From Escherichia phage vB_EcoM_DalCa, in sequence record NC_054908.1: a stretch of DNA of 64,000 bases; one strand, 5' to 3'. Position 1 is the stretch's first letter. Each line of letters opens with the position of its first letter. The notes under the pieces are model-generated. The model was given only the letters and a program-made list of their open reading frames with translations, was not told where the DNA came from and made no database searches. Of the stretch, positions 20,950 through 31,180 are shown piece after piece. The position numbers and the translations under genes were made by a program.

Positions 20950-21001
20950 CATAGCCTCTCTAGTGTTTATTCTATTTATAAAATTAAAGGCCCGAAGGCC
21001 T

Positions 21002-21190
21002 TTAGTAATCTAGTGGTAAGAGAGTACGATATATTTCAAACTTTGGTCCTTTTTCATAGGCATCAAATGTTTCTGTAAATTTATTATAAGCGTATGCATC
21101 TACAAATTCGAGAATGACTTGTGATACAGAAGTAGAAACATCTCCACCTTCTTTTTGAGCAATGACAATTGTTTCTAAGTAAGCTTTCAT
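21002..21190 (-). CDS. small hypothetical protein (alt.1 position)
   Basis: 62-aa ORF between ligase and alt, stop/start coupled to gene 30. Confidence 0.65.
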   Translation of the reverse strand: MKAYLETIVIAQKEGGDVSTSVSQVILEFVDAYAYNKFTETFDAYEKGPKFEIYRTLLPLDY

Positions 21191-22650
21191 AAACCAGTTA
21201 CCTCATGAAAATCACCAAATACATCCTCGAATGTATTAGCTTTAGTTTTATCTTCACGTAAACGAATCGCAATCGGAAGAAATAATTTAACGTAATCAGT
21301 GCGGCCATCAGATTTTAACCAACCGTTGCATTCGCACTCTAGAATTTTTCCAATATAATAATTTTGGTTTTCCATAATGCGAGTACGGTCAAGTTCATGT
21401 GATTTTACGCCGGCTTTGTCTTTTAAGCCTGAACCAGCATTTACCTTAATTTTTCCACACTCTGACTCAAGAATAAATCCACCTGCTTTAGTAGGGTCTT
21501 TACGGTGAGGATAAATTCCTACAATTTTTAAATCAACATCAATTACTTCTTTAAATTTATAGAGATTTTTTGAACGAGCATTTTCCCATAACCCATCAAC
21601 GTTTTTGAGAATAATACCTTCAAGACCTTGATCAATATACTTTTTATAAATTACCTTAGCTTCATCTAGGTTATTTACTACCTGGTTTTCAATTAAAATT
21701 ACTTTATCATAACCTGATGTCATTTGTTCTAGTTTAGAAAAACGTACATCATATTTCAAACGAAATGCAGGAAGACCGTATATTTCTACCAACGGGACAT
21801 AATCCCAGACCTGAAACTTCATGCATTGAGCTTCTTTTTCAGAAATGGTTCCCTTTAAAGATTTATTGGCGATGCCATTAGATGCAGTACGTGATTCAGC
21901 TACTTCGGCGAATTCTTTAGCTTTACTAATTTCAGGATAAGCATCAAAAAGAAAATCTAGGCCTTCTGGCTCCTTTTCAACTTGCTCATGGTATACCAAT
22001 TCGCCATCAATTAACACACCTTCTGGATGAATCTGGCGAGCTTCTGCAGTCATTTTGATTAACTCTTCCTTAAGAAGATCTAATCCTAGATATTCATTAC
22101 CAGCTCGTGATAAAAGACGAACATCATCTAATTCATCACCTCTAACTTCAGCAAAACACCGAGCTCCATCAGCTTTTAACTGGGCAAAGGCTGGAAATTT
22201 GATATTCTTATTAATGCCTTTTTCATCATAAGAACTTGCAAGCATTTGAGGTTGTTCAGGAATTAAACCTGGCCAAACTTTGTTCGCAATAGATACTGAA
22301 GCACCACATTCAAGGTCTCGCATCATCACCCGACGCAAAACTTCAACATCATCTTTTTTACCGTCAGTAATATATCCAGTTAATTCCTCAATTGCCGCAT
22401 TTCCAGTCAATTTCCGAGTAGCTAACGTGAATTCAATGAAGTCAAGCATATCGGTAAGAGTCAACATTCCAAAACTCTGGGTAGCAATACCCGGTTTAGG
22501 CCATTTCTTGATATAATACTGTAACCCACGAGAATAAGTCAGACGATATACTCGTTTAAGCAATTCATTATCTTTATTCTTTTCAAGAATTGCTTGCTTC
22601 TGCTTAGTTGAACCAATAGATGCTATTTCGTTCAGAATTTTAAGAATCAT
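21187..22650 (-). CDS. 30: ATP-dependent DNA ligase gp30
   Basis: 487-aa ORF; KADGAR adenylation motif; recognised as T4 DNA ligase. Confidence 0.95.
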   Translation of the reverse strand: MILKILNEIASIGSTKQKQAILEKNKDNELLKRVYRLTYSRGLQYYIKKWPKPGIATQSFGMLTLTDMLDFIEFTLATRKLTGNAAIEELTGYITDGKKDDVEVLRRVMMRDLECGASVSIANKVWPGLIPEQPQMLASSYDEKGINKNIKFPAFAQLKADGARCFAEVRGDELDDVRLLSRAGNEYLGLDLLKEELIKMTAEARQIHPEGVLIDGELVYHEQVEKEPEGLDFLFDAYPEISKAKEFAEVAESRTASNGIANKSLKGTISEKEAQCMKFQVWDYVPLVEIYGLPAFRLKYDVRFSKLEQMTSGYDKVILIENQVVNNLDEAKVIYKKYIDQGLEGIILKNVDGLWENARSKNLYKFKEVIDVDLKIVGIYPHRKDPTKAGGFILESECGKIKVNAGSGLKDKAGVKSHELDRTRIMENQNYYIGKILECECNGWLKSDGRTDYVKLFLPIAIRLREDKTKANTFEDVFGDFHEVTGL

Positions 22651-22916
22651 TGTTCATCCTTTAGAGTTTGGTTTACAGCTCTATTATAAATCAATTCATC
22701 ATTAAGCTCAGTCAAAGACCTGTGGTACGTGGTTCTAACTTTATTTCCTTGCATCCAGTGCTTGACGTAAATGAAACCTTGCTCTACACATTTTTTAAAA
22801 ATTCGTTCGTCTTTTTGAGCTCGGAATTCTGGATTGCATCTAAAAAATTGATTTACGTGACCGTAATCACGTGTAGTATTACCTTCATTTTCATAAATAG
22901 TGTGAACAACAAACAT
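22647..22916 (-). CDS. hypothetical protein (30.1 position)
   Basis: 89-aa ORF, overlapping stop/start with flanking genes. Confidence 0.7.
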   Translation of the reverse strand: MFVVHTIYENEGNTTRDYGHVNQFFRCNPEFRAQKDERIFKKCVEQGFIYVKHWMQGNKVRTTYHRSLTELNDELIYNRAVNQTLKDEQ

Positions 22917-23770
22917 TAGAATGCTCCTTGGAAAATATTATCACCACTACCACTAGTAAGTCTATTAAAATACCCTGCGTCGCCAGGCTTAATATAACTC
23001 CACGTATGGAATGGATGCATCTGATGTGAGTGTGTATAATATGGATGATATGGATTATAAGGATTAAATCCAGGAGTTCTCCAAGTAGTGTTCCAACGAA
23101 AAGAATCGTTTTTAATCATCTTCTCAATTACATCTTTTATAACTTTTTCACTATCAAAACTTTCTTTATTTTCCTTCGATGGAAAAAGCTTATTCTCTAC
23201 ATCATTCCATGTATAAACTCGCTGTGCAGTTTTTGGAATACTGTCACGTTCCCCTCGAGCCATCCAATAAACAGGAACATTTAATATTTCACTCGCGTGA
23301 TCGCAGTGGTGAGCGAGATCGTCAATATAACAAATTACGTTATATTTTTCTTTTGCCTTTTTGAACAACTCTTCTTTTGAAGAATCATGACCACACATCA
23401 GTACTTCTGAGAAGGCACCAGGAAAAAGAGCATTCAAATTAAATTGACGATTCAGCAGAGCGTCAATAGAATCACCCAATGCTGTAACAGCTACAAAATT
23501 ATAATCTTCTTTTAATTTGTTAATTACACACAGAGCATCTTTATATGGAGACAAGTAACGAATAAAATCTGAACGATTGTATTTTTCAATTAGCTTGACG
23601 CCAAGTTCTTCGTCACAATTAAAGAGTTTACCTGGAGAAATAAATTTCTCATCCTGGATCATTTTTAAAATATGTTCTAACGGAAGATTATATTTCTGAG
23701 CAAAATAAGGAAGACCTGATTGCCAGCTTAAACATACTCCATCAATATCAGTTAAAATAGTAGGCTTCAT
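22916..23770 (-). CDS. 30.2: HAD-superfamily phosphatase-like protein (30.2 position) with His/Tyr/Pro-rich C-terminal tail
   Basis: N-terminal ILTDIDGV matches HAD motif I (DxDG); later CYIDD resembles motif III. Confidence 0.7.
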   Translation of the reverse strand: MKPTILTDIDGVCLSWQSGLPYFAQKYNLPLEHILKMIQDEKFISPGKLFNCDEELGVKLIEKYNRSDFIRYLSPYKDALCVINKLKEDYNFVAVTALGDSIDALLNRQFNLNALFPGAFSEVLMCGHDSSKEELFKKAKEKYNVICYIDDLAHHCDHASEILNVPVYWMARGERDSIPKTAQRVYTWNDVENKLFPSKENKESFDSEKVIKDVIEKMIKNDSFRWNTTWRTPGFNPYNPYHPYYTHSHQMHPFHTWSYIKPGDAGYFNRLTSGSGDNIFQGAF

Positions 23771-24231
23771 AGAGAGTCTCTTAATAGGTTTAACACATCA
23801 ATAAATTCAGCTTCGGTTAGTATTGTATCATCTTTTGTTAGACCACTAGCCATGCTGTGCTTCAAAACTTTTCCTTTCGAGGCTTGTAATGCATCACGGA
23901 AGCCCTTGTTTTGGATCACTGCTTCAAAATATGCATTTGTGTATAATTCTTTCCACGCCGGGGAGTATCTTGAAAATGGAACTCCAAGCCAGAAGAGGGT
24001 CCCACGGTCCTGAGCTCTAGCATAAGACCTTCCAGCTTGTTGAGCGGCAAGCCCGGATAACCCAAATATACGACGTTGTTGTTCAACGTTTTTTACCTTG
24101 CATCCTTGGAGGAATCCTTCAAGACCTCCAAATTGAATACCATCCATAACGAAAGGCCATTGGGCGAAATTGCTTAATGCACATGATGGCCATCTAAAAT
24201 TGCTTCTTATCTCTAGCTCAGACATTTTCAA
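23767..24231 (-). CDS. 30.3: YbiA/NADAR (DUF1768)-like protein (30.3 position)
   Basis: segment LSNFAQWPFVMDGIQF resembles the FSNFAAWP..VDG core recalled from E. coli YbiA. Confidence 0.6.
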   Translation of the reverse strand: MKMSELEIRSNFRWPSCALSNFAQWPFVMDGIQFGGLEGFLQGCKVKNVEQQRRIFGLSGLAAQQAGRSYARAQDRGTLFWLGVPFSRYSPAWKELYTNAYFEAVIQNKGFRDALQASKGKVLKHSMASGLTKDDTILTEAEFIDVLNLLRDSL

Positions 24232-24424
24232 TACTTATAATTTCAACATCAGCCCAATGACCATAGCAAGGAAGACGAAATTCAACTGGCCAGTTAGGGT
24301 CCTTTTCTAATATAATAGACTTAACTTGTGGTTCTTCATGTTCATCGGTATACGGACCTTTATACGTTACTTTATATGTGACCTTAATGTACTGAATTCC
24401 AAAAATCTTATTAATTATATTCAT
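24218..24424 (-). CDS. hypothetical protein
   Basis: 68-aa ORF in a translationally coupled accessory block. Confidence 0.55.
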   Translation of the reverse strand: MNIINKIFGIQYIKVTYKVTYKGPYTDEHEEPQVKSIILEKDPNWPVEFRLPCYGHWADVEIISIENV

Positions 24425-24618
24425 ACTAATTCCTTTAATCCATAGATAGGAGATAATTCATCACCCATACGAAGGTCTTCATTTCCATCTACCCAGGAAA
24501 CAATATAAGCCTCTTTTATTTGAACGTCTCTCCATTTAAATGCAGGCAAAACCTTAGAAATTAATCCAGGTATACCGACTCCCTTTAATTCAACAGTTTG
24601 ACCCAAAAAGAATTTCAT
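24421..24618 (-). CDS. hypothetical protein
   Basis: 65-aa ORF, overlapping stop/start. Confidence 0.55.
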   Translation of the reverse strand: MKFFLGQTVELKGVGIPGLISKVLPAFKWRDVQIKEAYIVSWVDGNEDLRMGDELSPIYGLKELV

Positions 24619-24956
24619 TAGAACCTCATCTGAAATCCGTGCGATTTAACATTACCACCACCAATGTCAGAAATATTAATTTCACTCGCAATTGAAGGGT
24701 CAATGTCAATTTCACGATTGAGTTTAATGATTGCTAGAGTATCACGTCCATTTACAGTACGGAACTCTAAAGGACATACTACATTAACGTAGTTTTTAAT
24801 CGATTCACTGGTAGGCTGCAAATGAGCAGGAAGGTCTTTAGGCGCCTTAGAGAAAACCACTTCACAGAAATTTTTGCGGGTATCAAAATAAGTAGTCATA
24901 AACATAGTATTTTCCTCAGTAAGGGGCCGAAGCCCCTGTTTTATTTTAAATATCAA
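24618..24956 (-). CDS. hypothetical protein
   Basis: 112-aa ORF; start may be internal. Confidence 0.55.
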   Translation of the reverse strand: MIFKIKQGLRPLTEENTMFMTTYFDTRKNFCEVVFSKAPKDLPAHLQPTSESIKNYVNVVCPLEFRTVNGRDTLAIIKLNREIDIDPSIASEINISDIGGGNVKSHGFQMRF

Positions 24957-25323
24957 ATTCGTTAAGAACTACATCAAAGATTGCTTCAAGATGCTCAGGT
25001 TTAGCTCTGTTACTCAGAATATGACGAATCCAAGTTTTAACCAGAAGCTTACGATTGACGCCATTCCAACAAGGATGAGTCCCTAAATCACGTTGACGAA
25101 AATCATCATCCAGAGCGATTTTAAAAGAAGAACCTTCTTTCGTGATTGAAACCGTAATGCCATTTTCAAATCGCATATAAACGTAGTTAGGAGTCATATA
25201 CTGTTCAATTTCGCATACTGATCCATTTTGATGTTTCCAAAGGCAAATAGTATCAATAGAACCTGCAATACCGTTAGAAACATATTTACGTTCAAAGTTA
25301 ATGTAGTTCATTTTATTCTCCAA
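24946..25323 (-). CDS. hypothetical protein
   Basis: 125-aa ORF. Confidence 0.6.
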   Translation of the reverse strand: MENKMNYINFERKYVSNGIAGSIDTICLWKHQNGSVCEIEQYMTPNYVYMRFENGITVSITKEGSSFKIALDDDFRQRDLGTHPCWNGVNRKLLVKTWIRHILSNRAKPEHLEAIFDVVLNEFDI

Positions 25324-25378
25324 GATGTTTAATTGCGGTACAGGTATATAATATCATATCCTGTACCAAAGTAAACAA

Positions 25379-25711
25379 TTATTTTACTAATTTCCAATGC
25401 TTCATGTCAAGTTTGCCAACTTTTTTCATCTTCTCAATTAAGCGTTCGGCACGCTGGCGAGCTGTAACATAATACCATTCACCCAATTCATTTTGTTCAA
25501 TTTTTCCAACGATTACTGTATTCAATTCATAAATCCAACCAGTAAAGAAATTATGAACTTGAATTGTAAAGGTGAAATCTGTTCCCATACCTTCTGTTGT
25601 TTCTACTTCAACAATATCACCTTCAACTGCCATTAAGAACCACATAGTTTCATCATATTTACCATTGAAGCATTTAGTTTTAACTGCAGCGTTCAGATTA
25701 ATCGTTTTCAT
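25379..25711 (-). CDS. hypothetical protein
   Basis: 110-aa ORF preceded by an early-type promoter at about 25735..25775. Confidence 0.6.
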   Translation of the reverse strand: MKTINLNAAVKTKCFNGKYDETMWFLMAVEGDIVEVETTEGMGTDFTFTIQVHNFFTGWIYELNTVIVGKIEQNELGEWYYVTARQRAERLIEKMKKVGKLDMKHWKLVK

Positions 25712-25821
25712 TTTATTCTCCTTTGTTTGTGTAAGATAATACTATCACAAAGGAACCATACTGTAAACAACTTTGTGCAATCTTTGGAAAATAAAAAAGG
25801 ACTCCCGAAGGAGTCCTCAAC

Positions 25822-25998
25822 TTATGCTTTCTGCTTACCAAAACGAGAAGCATCATCTCGAAGAACCGCACGTGCTCGGCGCATGATCTTCTCAACAGTT
25901 TGATTGATACGAGAGTTCGACCCACGCTTGTAACCAGCGCGTTTAGAATCACCAACTTTCTTTTCAACTGCTTTCTTTGCTTTAGCTTGTTTTGCCAT
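25822..25998 (-). CDS. small basic Lys/Arg-rich protein (30.9 position)
   Basis: 58 aa from MAKQAKAKK...; start choice uncertain (alternative ATG at 26040). Confidence 0.55.
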   Translation of the reverse strand: MAKQAKAKKAVEKKVGDSKRAGYKRGSNSRINQTVEKIMRRARAVLRDDASRFGKQKA

Positions 25999-26241
25999 TA
26001 TAAATTCTCTTTTAAATGAAAATGCAGGACTTATTGGCATTGCCTGCGCAAGCCCTCAAGGGGAACATAGGTTTTGTATATTTACCGACAGGATAACCAT
26101 AAACCCGTCATCATTCACATTCAAGAGGTACACCGTAAAACTGCCGGGGTCTTAAAACTATAATGATTCGCAAATCATTAATCAGACAGTTCGACGGCTC
26201 CTCGATTTTAGCTCACACTAAGGCAGTGAATCTCCAATAAA

Positions 26242-26490
26242 TTACTTCAATGTTACCACAAAGTGACGAACTGCTTTTCGTGCAGCAGAAGCCAGAGGCT
26301 TAGCATATTTAAGTTCATCTTTTTCCTGAAGCTCAGCAGCTAATGCAGTTTGAGCAGGATTCAGATGTTTGAAATAACGCAGGATTTCAAGAGCTTCGGC
26401 TTCAACATCAATAGATGCGCCATAGTTTTCGTGACCATTATTCCATGCGTTTCGTTGCAGTTCAAGAGCGTGTTGTAATTGTTTAATCAT
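26242..26490 (-). CDS. rIII: rIII lysis-inhibition accessory protein
   Basis: 82-aa ORF recognised as T4 rIII. Confidence 0.9.
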   Translation of the reverse strand: MIKQLQHALELQRNAWNNGHENYGASIDVEAEALEILRYFKHLNPAQTALAAELQEKDELKYAKPLASAARKAVRHFVVTLK

Positions 26491-26637
26491 TTAAAAATTC
26501 TCGTTAGAGATTAAAACTCGGTAGTCACGTTCTTCTGAATTTCATCTTCTTTCGACAGATCTCTCAGTTGTAGACTACCACATAGAATTGTTCGGTTAAC
26601 TTATTATTCCGACACCCAATTCATATTATTATTTATA

Positions 26638-26973
26638 TCACTTATAAAGACACGGAATAGCTTTATAGTGACAAGTAACGAATTTTTGTTTAATTTCTTT
26701 TGGCTGCTTAAGACCCAGAGCTACAAAAGGATGCGGAACATTTCGAATTTGACCAACTGGAAGAGAAGTCAAATCACCAACTTCGCAGAAACCTTCAGGA
26801 ACATCAGGACCGACAGAGTGAACTACACACAGTTCAGGAACTTCACCTTGAACACGTTTACCGATAATAAGTCCTGATTCTGTAACTTCTTCATCACCGG
26901 CTTGTGCAGGTTCAGAAACTAAAATAACATATTCACCGACAGCACGAATTGGTAGCTGTTGTACTTCAGACAT
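26638..26973 (-). CDS. 31: gp31 co-chaperonin (GroES-like) for capsid folding
   Basis: 111-aa ORF recognised as T4 gp31. Confidence 0.93.
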
Positions 26974-27002
26974 CGTTTTTCCTTTTTGTTAACAGATGAA
27001 TT

Positions 27003-27031
27003 AATAATAACAAATAATTCTTAAAGCATTT
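27003..27031 (-). promoter_or_regulatory. candidate MotA-dependent middle promoter for gene 31 (MotA box AATGCTTTA, then TATTAT)
   Basis: minus-strand ...AAATGCTTTAAGAATTATTTGTTATTAT... about 30 nt upstream of the gene 31 ATG. Confidence 0.5.
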
Positions 27032-27338
27032 ATTTACCAATAAATTGGAGCAAATGCTCAACTTTCATACCATTAACGGAAATCAATTTGTCAATAGAAA
27101 AACCTCGCCATGCACCAAGTTCAACATCAAATACTGGAATCATATCAGTAGATTCTTTCCGAGTAGATTCAGTCAATTTACCAGTTTGCATGGTTGGCAT
27201 AAAGTCAGCATCGCGAGTACCTTTCATAACACGAATAGTACCATCAGACTTTTCAAAAACTACGTTTGAAACACCCATGGACAATTTAGTTTTCAAAATT
27301 TCACGAATTGCTACTTTTTGTTCAGTCGTCAGTTTCAT
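27030..27338 (-). CDS. hypothetical protein (31.1 position)
   Basis: 102-aa ORF. Confidence 0.65.
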   Translation of the reverse strand: MKLTTEQKVAIREILKTKLSMGVSNVVFEKSDGTIRVMKGTRDADFMPTMQTGKLTESTRKESTDMIPVFDVELGAWRGFSIDKLISVNGMKVEHLLQFIGK

Positions 27339-27575
27339 TTATTTACCTATTACAGTTTTAATATGAGTTGTTCCACGTTCTTTAAGAGTGGAAAGTAATT
27401 TTTGGCATTTTTCTAAATCAGATTTCCAACTATGTGGTCTATCAATACAAACCCAGTTTGACTTATAATACTGCTTCCATTTAGAGAAAAAATACTTCTT
27501 ATACTCTACAGCAAATGAAATGTTCTCGTTGGAATAAGAACTAATTGCTGTGAGCTGTACCAAACGAAATTTCAT
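27339..27575 (-). CDS. hypothetical protein (31.2 position)
   Basis: 78-aa ORF, start overlaps the cd stop. Confidence 0.65.
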   Translation of the reverse strand: MKFRLVQLTAISSYSNENISFAVEYKKYFFSKWKQYYKSNWVCIDRPHSWKSDLEKCQKLLSTLKERGTTHIKTVIGK

Positions 27576-28156
27576 TATTCACCACAGAATTCGTTGATAT
27601 TTTCCCAGTTTAACTTATTTAAGTTTTTCTTAGGAACATTAAACACTTCAATACCTGCATTTCGCAGAATATCATCCCAGCCAGGTTTATTTTTATCGTA
27701 TGTTTCACAATAAACCAGCTTTTTAATTCCAGATTGAGCTATTGCTTTTGCACAATCTGGGCAAGGAGAAAGTGTTACATACATAGTAGCACCTTCAATT
27801 GAAGAACCGTTTCGTGCAGCAAACAAAATCGCATTTAGTTCAGCATGAATTTCATTTTTAGACGACCATTCAGAGTGCGCGCTACGATGTTCTTTCGCCA
27901 ATACAAAACGATCAGTTGAACCAAACGATACACATTCAGGCTTATGACCTTGAATGATAGTATGTTTAGGCTTATTCAGCAACCAACCTTGCTCAGCAGC
28001 ATAATCACAGCAGTTCACACCACCTGCAGGTGAACCATTATATCCAGTAGAAATAATACGTCCATTCTTTTCAATTACTGCTCCTACTTTCCAGGAGCAA
28101 CATTTTGATTCTTGTGATACTAAATATGCAATTTGAAGTACTGTACTCGCTTTCAT
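27575..28156 (-). CDS. cd: dCMP deaminase
   Basis: 193-aa ORF; HAELNAI and SPCPDCAKAI zinc-binding cytidine/dCMP deaminase motifs. Confidence 0.93.
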   Translation of the reverse strand: MKASTVLQIAYLVSQESKCCSWKVGAVIEKNGRIISTGYNGSPAGGVNCCDYAAEQGWLLNKPKHTIIQGHKPECVSFGSTDRFVLAKEHRSAHSEWSSKNEIHAELNAILFAARNGSSIEGATMYVTLSPCPDCAKAIAQSGIKKLVYCETYDKNKPGWDDILRNAGIEVFNVPKKNLNKLNWENINEFCGE

Positions 28157-28491
28157 TTCATAATCACCAGATAAGCAGATTTAGCAGTTTCAACACGATA
28201 AATTTCGTGACGAAGTTTAGTTATACTTTTAATAACAGAACTAATTATATTCTGCCCATCTTTAAAGCGGTTTTTCTTATCAATAAAAATTGCGCCAACC
28301 ATCTTTTTGTGAAGCTCAACCGGATACTTCGTCACAATAATAGCATCATACACAGAAGGATGAATACTATTCACCAGAGTATCATTCATTAAAGTTATTC
28401 TAATGAACTTTGCTGTTTCAGAGTCAAGCGCTCTATGATCGCCAGTATCATTTTCAAGACAATTATCAATTATATCAGTTAAATTCATCAT
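28153..28491 (-). CDS. hypothetical protein (cd.1 position)
   Basis: 112-aa ORF. Confidence 0.65.
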   Translation of the reverse strand: MMNLTDIIDNCLENDTGDHRALDSETAKFIRITLMNDTLVNSIHPSVYDAIIVTKYPVELHKKMVGAIFIDKKNRFKDGQNIISSVIKSITKLRHEIYRVETAKSAYLVIMK

Positions 28492-28724
28492 AGTACGCCA
28501 TACACCCTTTGTGCTTCAACTAATCCATCAAAATCCAATTTGAGATGTGTTATTTGGTCACCATCACCTGGATTCACAATTACTAATACCGAACGAGGAG
28601 TTTCGGTAATAACACGAACCGACGTTTCAGGAAATCGTTCAGAAACCTTATTTACCAATTCTTGAGCAAATAGTTTAACTTTTTCTTGGAATTCTTTAAC
28701 AGTAATTGGTTTTTCGCTTAGCAT
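28488..28724 (-). CDS. hypothetical protein (cd.2 position)
   Basis: 78-aa ORF. Confidence 0.65.
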   Translation of the reverse strand: MLSEKPITVKEFQEKVKLFAQELVNKVSERFPETSVRVITETPRSVLVIVNPGDGDQITHLKLDFDGLVEAQRVYGVL

Positions 28725-29245
28725 GTTGATCCTAGCTCCTTACTTTCAACATTTTTAACTAATTTGACAGAAACTAATTCAGCATCTTGGGTAATCATTA
28801 CCGGACCTTCTTCATGCTCTTCAAGATATTCTAGAGCTTTCTTTTTAGCTTCTTCCTTCGTATCAGTTTGAGCATAGATATAGAACATACAACCAGTAAT
28901 ACCTACTACTTTCCACTTAATTTCTTTATCAGTTTTAATTTCAAATTTACTTACAGAATCATCTTTTTGAACTTCTTCGAAAAAAGAATATTCTAACATA
29001 TAAGCAATTGAAAATAACGGGCTAACTTTATAGGATTCACCCATTACATCAACAGCTTTATACCAACAATCATCAATTTCACGTTTAATGCTAATAACAT
29101 TTTTCGCAGGATCTATTTTTACTTTAAATGAATTTTCCCCAATAAACTGGGCAATTCGTTTATTAGCCCCGCAAGTTTCATTAAAAATATCTTTATATCC
29201 AGCTTTAAAGCGATAAACCTTATCTTCTTCAAACCATTCGCTCAT
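28718..29245 (-). CDS. hypothetical protein (cd.3 position)
   Basis: 175-aa ORF. Confidence 0.65.
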   Translation of the reverse strand: MSEWFEEDKVYRFKAGYKDIFNETCGANKRIAQFIGENSFKVKIDPAKNVISIKREIDDCWYKAVDVMGESYKVSPLFSIAYMLEYSFFEEVQKDDSVSKFEIKTDKEIKWKVVGITGCMFYIYAQTDTKEEAKKKALEYLEEHEEGPVMITQDAELVSVKLVKNVESKELGSTC

Positions 29246-29307
29246 TTCAATTTCCTCATTTGTTTTGGTAGAGCTATAATATCACAACTCTACCGTAAAG
29301 TAAACTA

Positions 29308-29613
29308 TTAAATTGCTTTGAATTCTGATGTCTGTGATTCAAAGCGAATGTCGCCTTTGATAACTAGCTCAGCATCAAGACCGAATACAACAATGATATG
29401 CGCGGAACCTGGATACAACGTAATGGCAATAGAATCCACCTGGTCTGGAAGCAAAGTGTTCAATACATGAGTCACTTGAGCGTGGATTCGAAGCTCAGCT
29501 GCATTATCAAGCTTTTCAAACATGTTATTAGCGATAATTTGGCTAAACACTACTTCTACGATTTTAGAGTAAGTCGGAAACATATTTACCTCACATAATT
29601 TTCTTCGAGCCAA
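29308..29613 (-). CDS. hypothetical protein
   Basis: 101-aa ORF preceded by an early-type promoter-like sequence at about 29270..29310 on the neighbouring unit. Confidence 0.6.
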   Translation of the reverse strand: MARRKLCEVNMFPTYSKIVEVVFSQIIANNMFEKLDNAAELRIHAQVTHVLNTLLPDQVDSIAITLYPGSAHIIVVFGLDAELVIKGDIRFESQTSEFKAI

Positions 29614-29786
29614 TCAATAACATCCAAAGCGTTATCAAAAGTTGCGCCATCTACTTTGTCTTCTGTTTCATAATCAAGAACATCTAGGCCTACTCTTCCG
29701 TCAACAATAGGCCATAGACAAAATAGATATTTCTTTTCTTTTTCAATTTTATCACAAAGACGATAAATCTTTTCTAGGTTATTCAT
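29586..29786 (-). CDS. hypothetical protein
   Basis: 66-aa ORF. Confidence 0.55.
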   Translation of the reverse strand: MNNLEKIYRLCDKIEKEKKYLFCLWPIVDGRVGLDVLDYETEDKVDGATFDNALDVIDWLEENYVR

Positions 29787-29975
29787 ACGTTTTCCATGGT
29801 AAAGGCAGTTTAGTTTTCTTTACTGTTAGTTCAACATCAGGATTCTTTTCTCTTAATTTAAGGCATTCCTCCCATGCTCTATTTTCACTAGTGAATACAC
29901 AAAATTGCCCATTACTAGTACCGACTAAACCACTATTTACAATAATAATAGCCCAAGTTTCATGATGCAAAGCCA

Positions 29976-29976
<1 letters not shown>
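29779..29976 (-). CDS. hypothetical protein
   Basis: 65 aa from the internal Met whose ATG overlaps the pseT stop; track ORF extends to 30006. Confidence 0.5.

Positions 29977-31176
<1,200 letters not shown>

Positions 31177-31180
<4 letters not shown>

Noticed and set aside
26041-26241. tRNA gene in the non-coding gap between 30.9 and rIII
   Set aside because: I could not trace a cloverleaf with acceptor stem and T-arm by eye; the T4 tRNA cluster lies elsewhere in the genome; kept only as an unexplained structured region.
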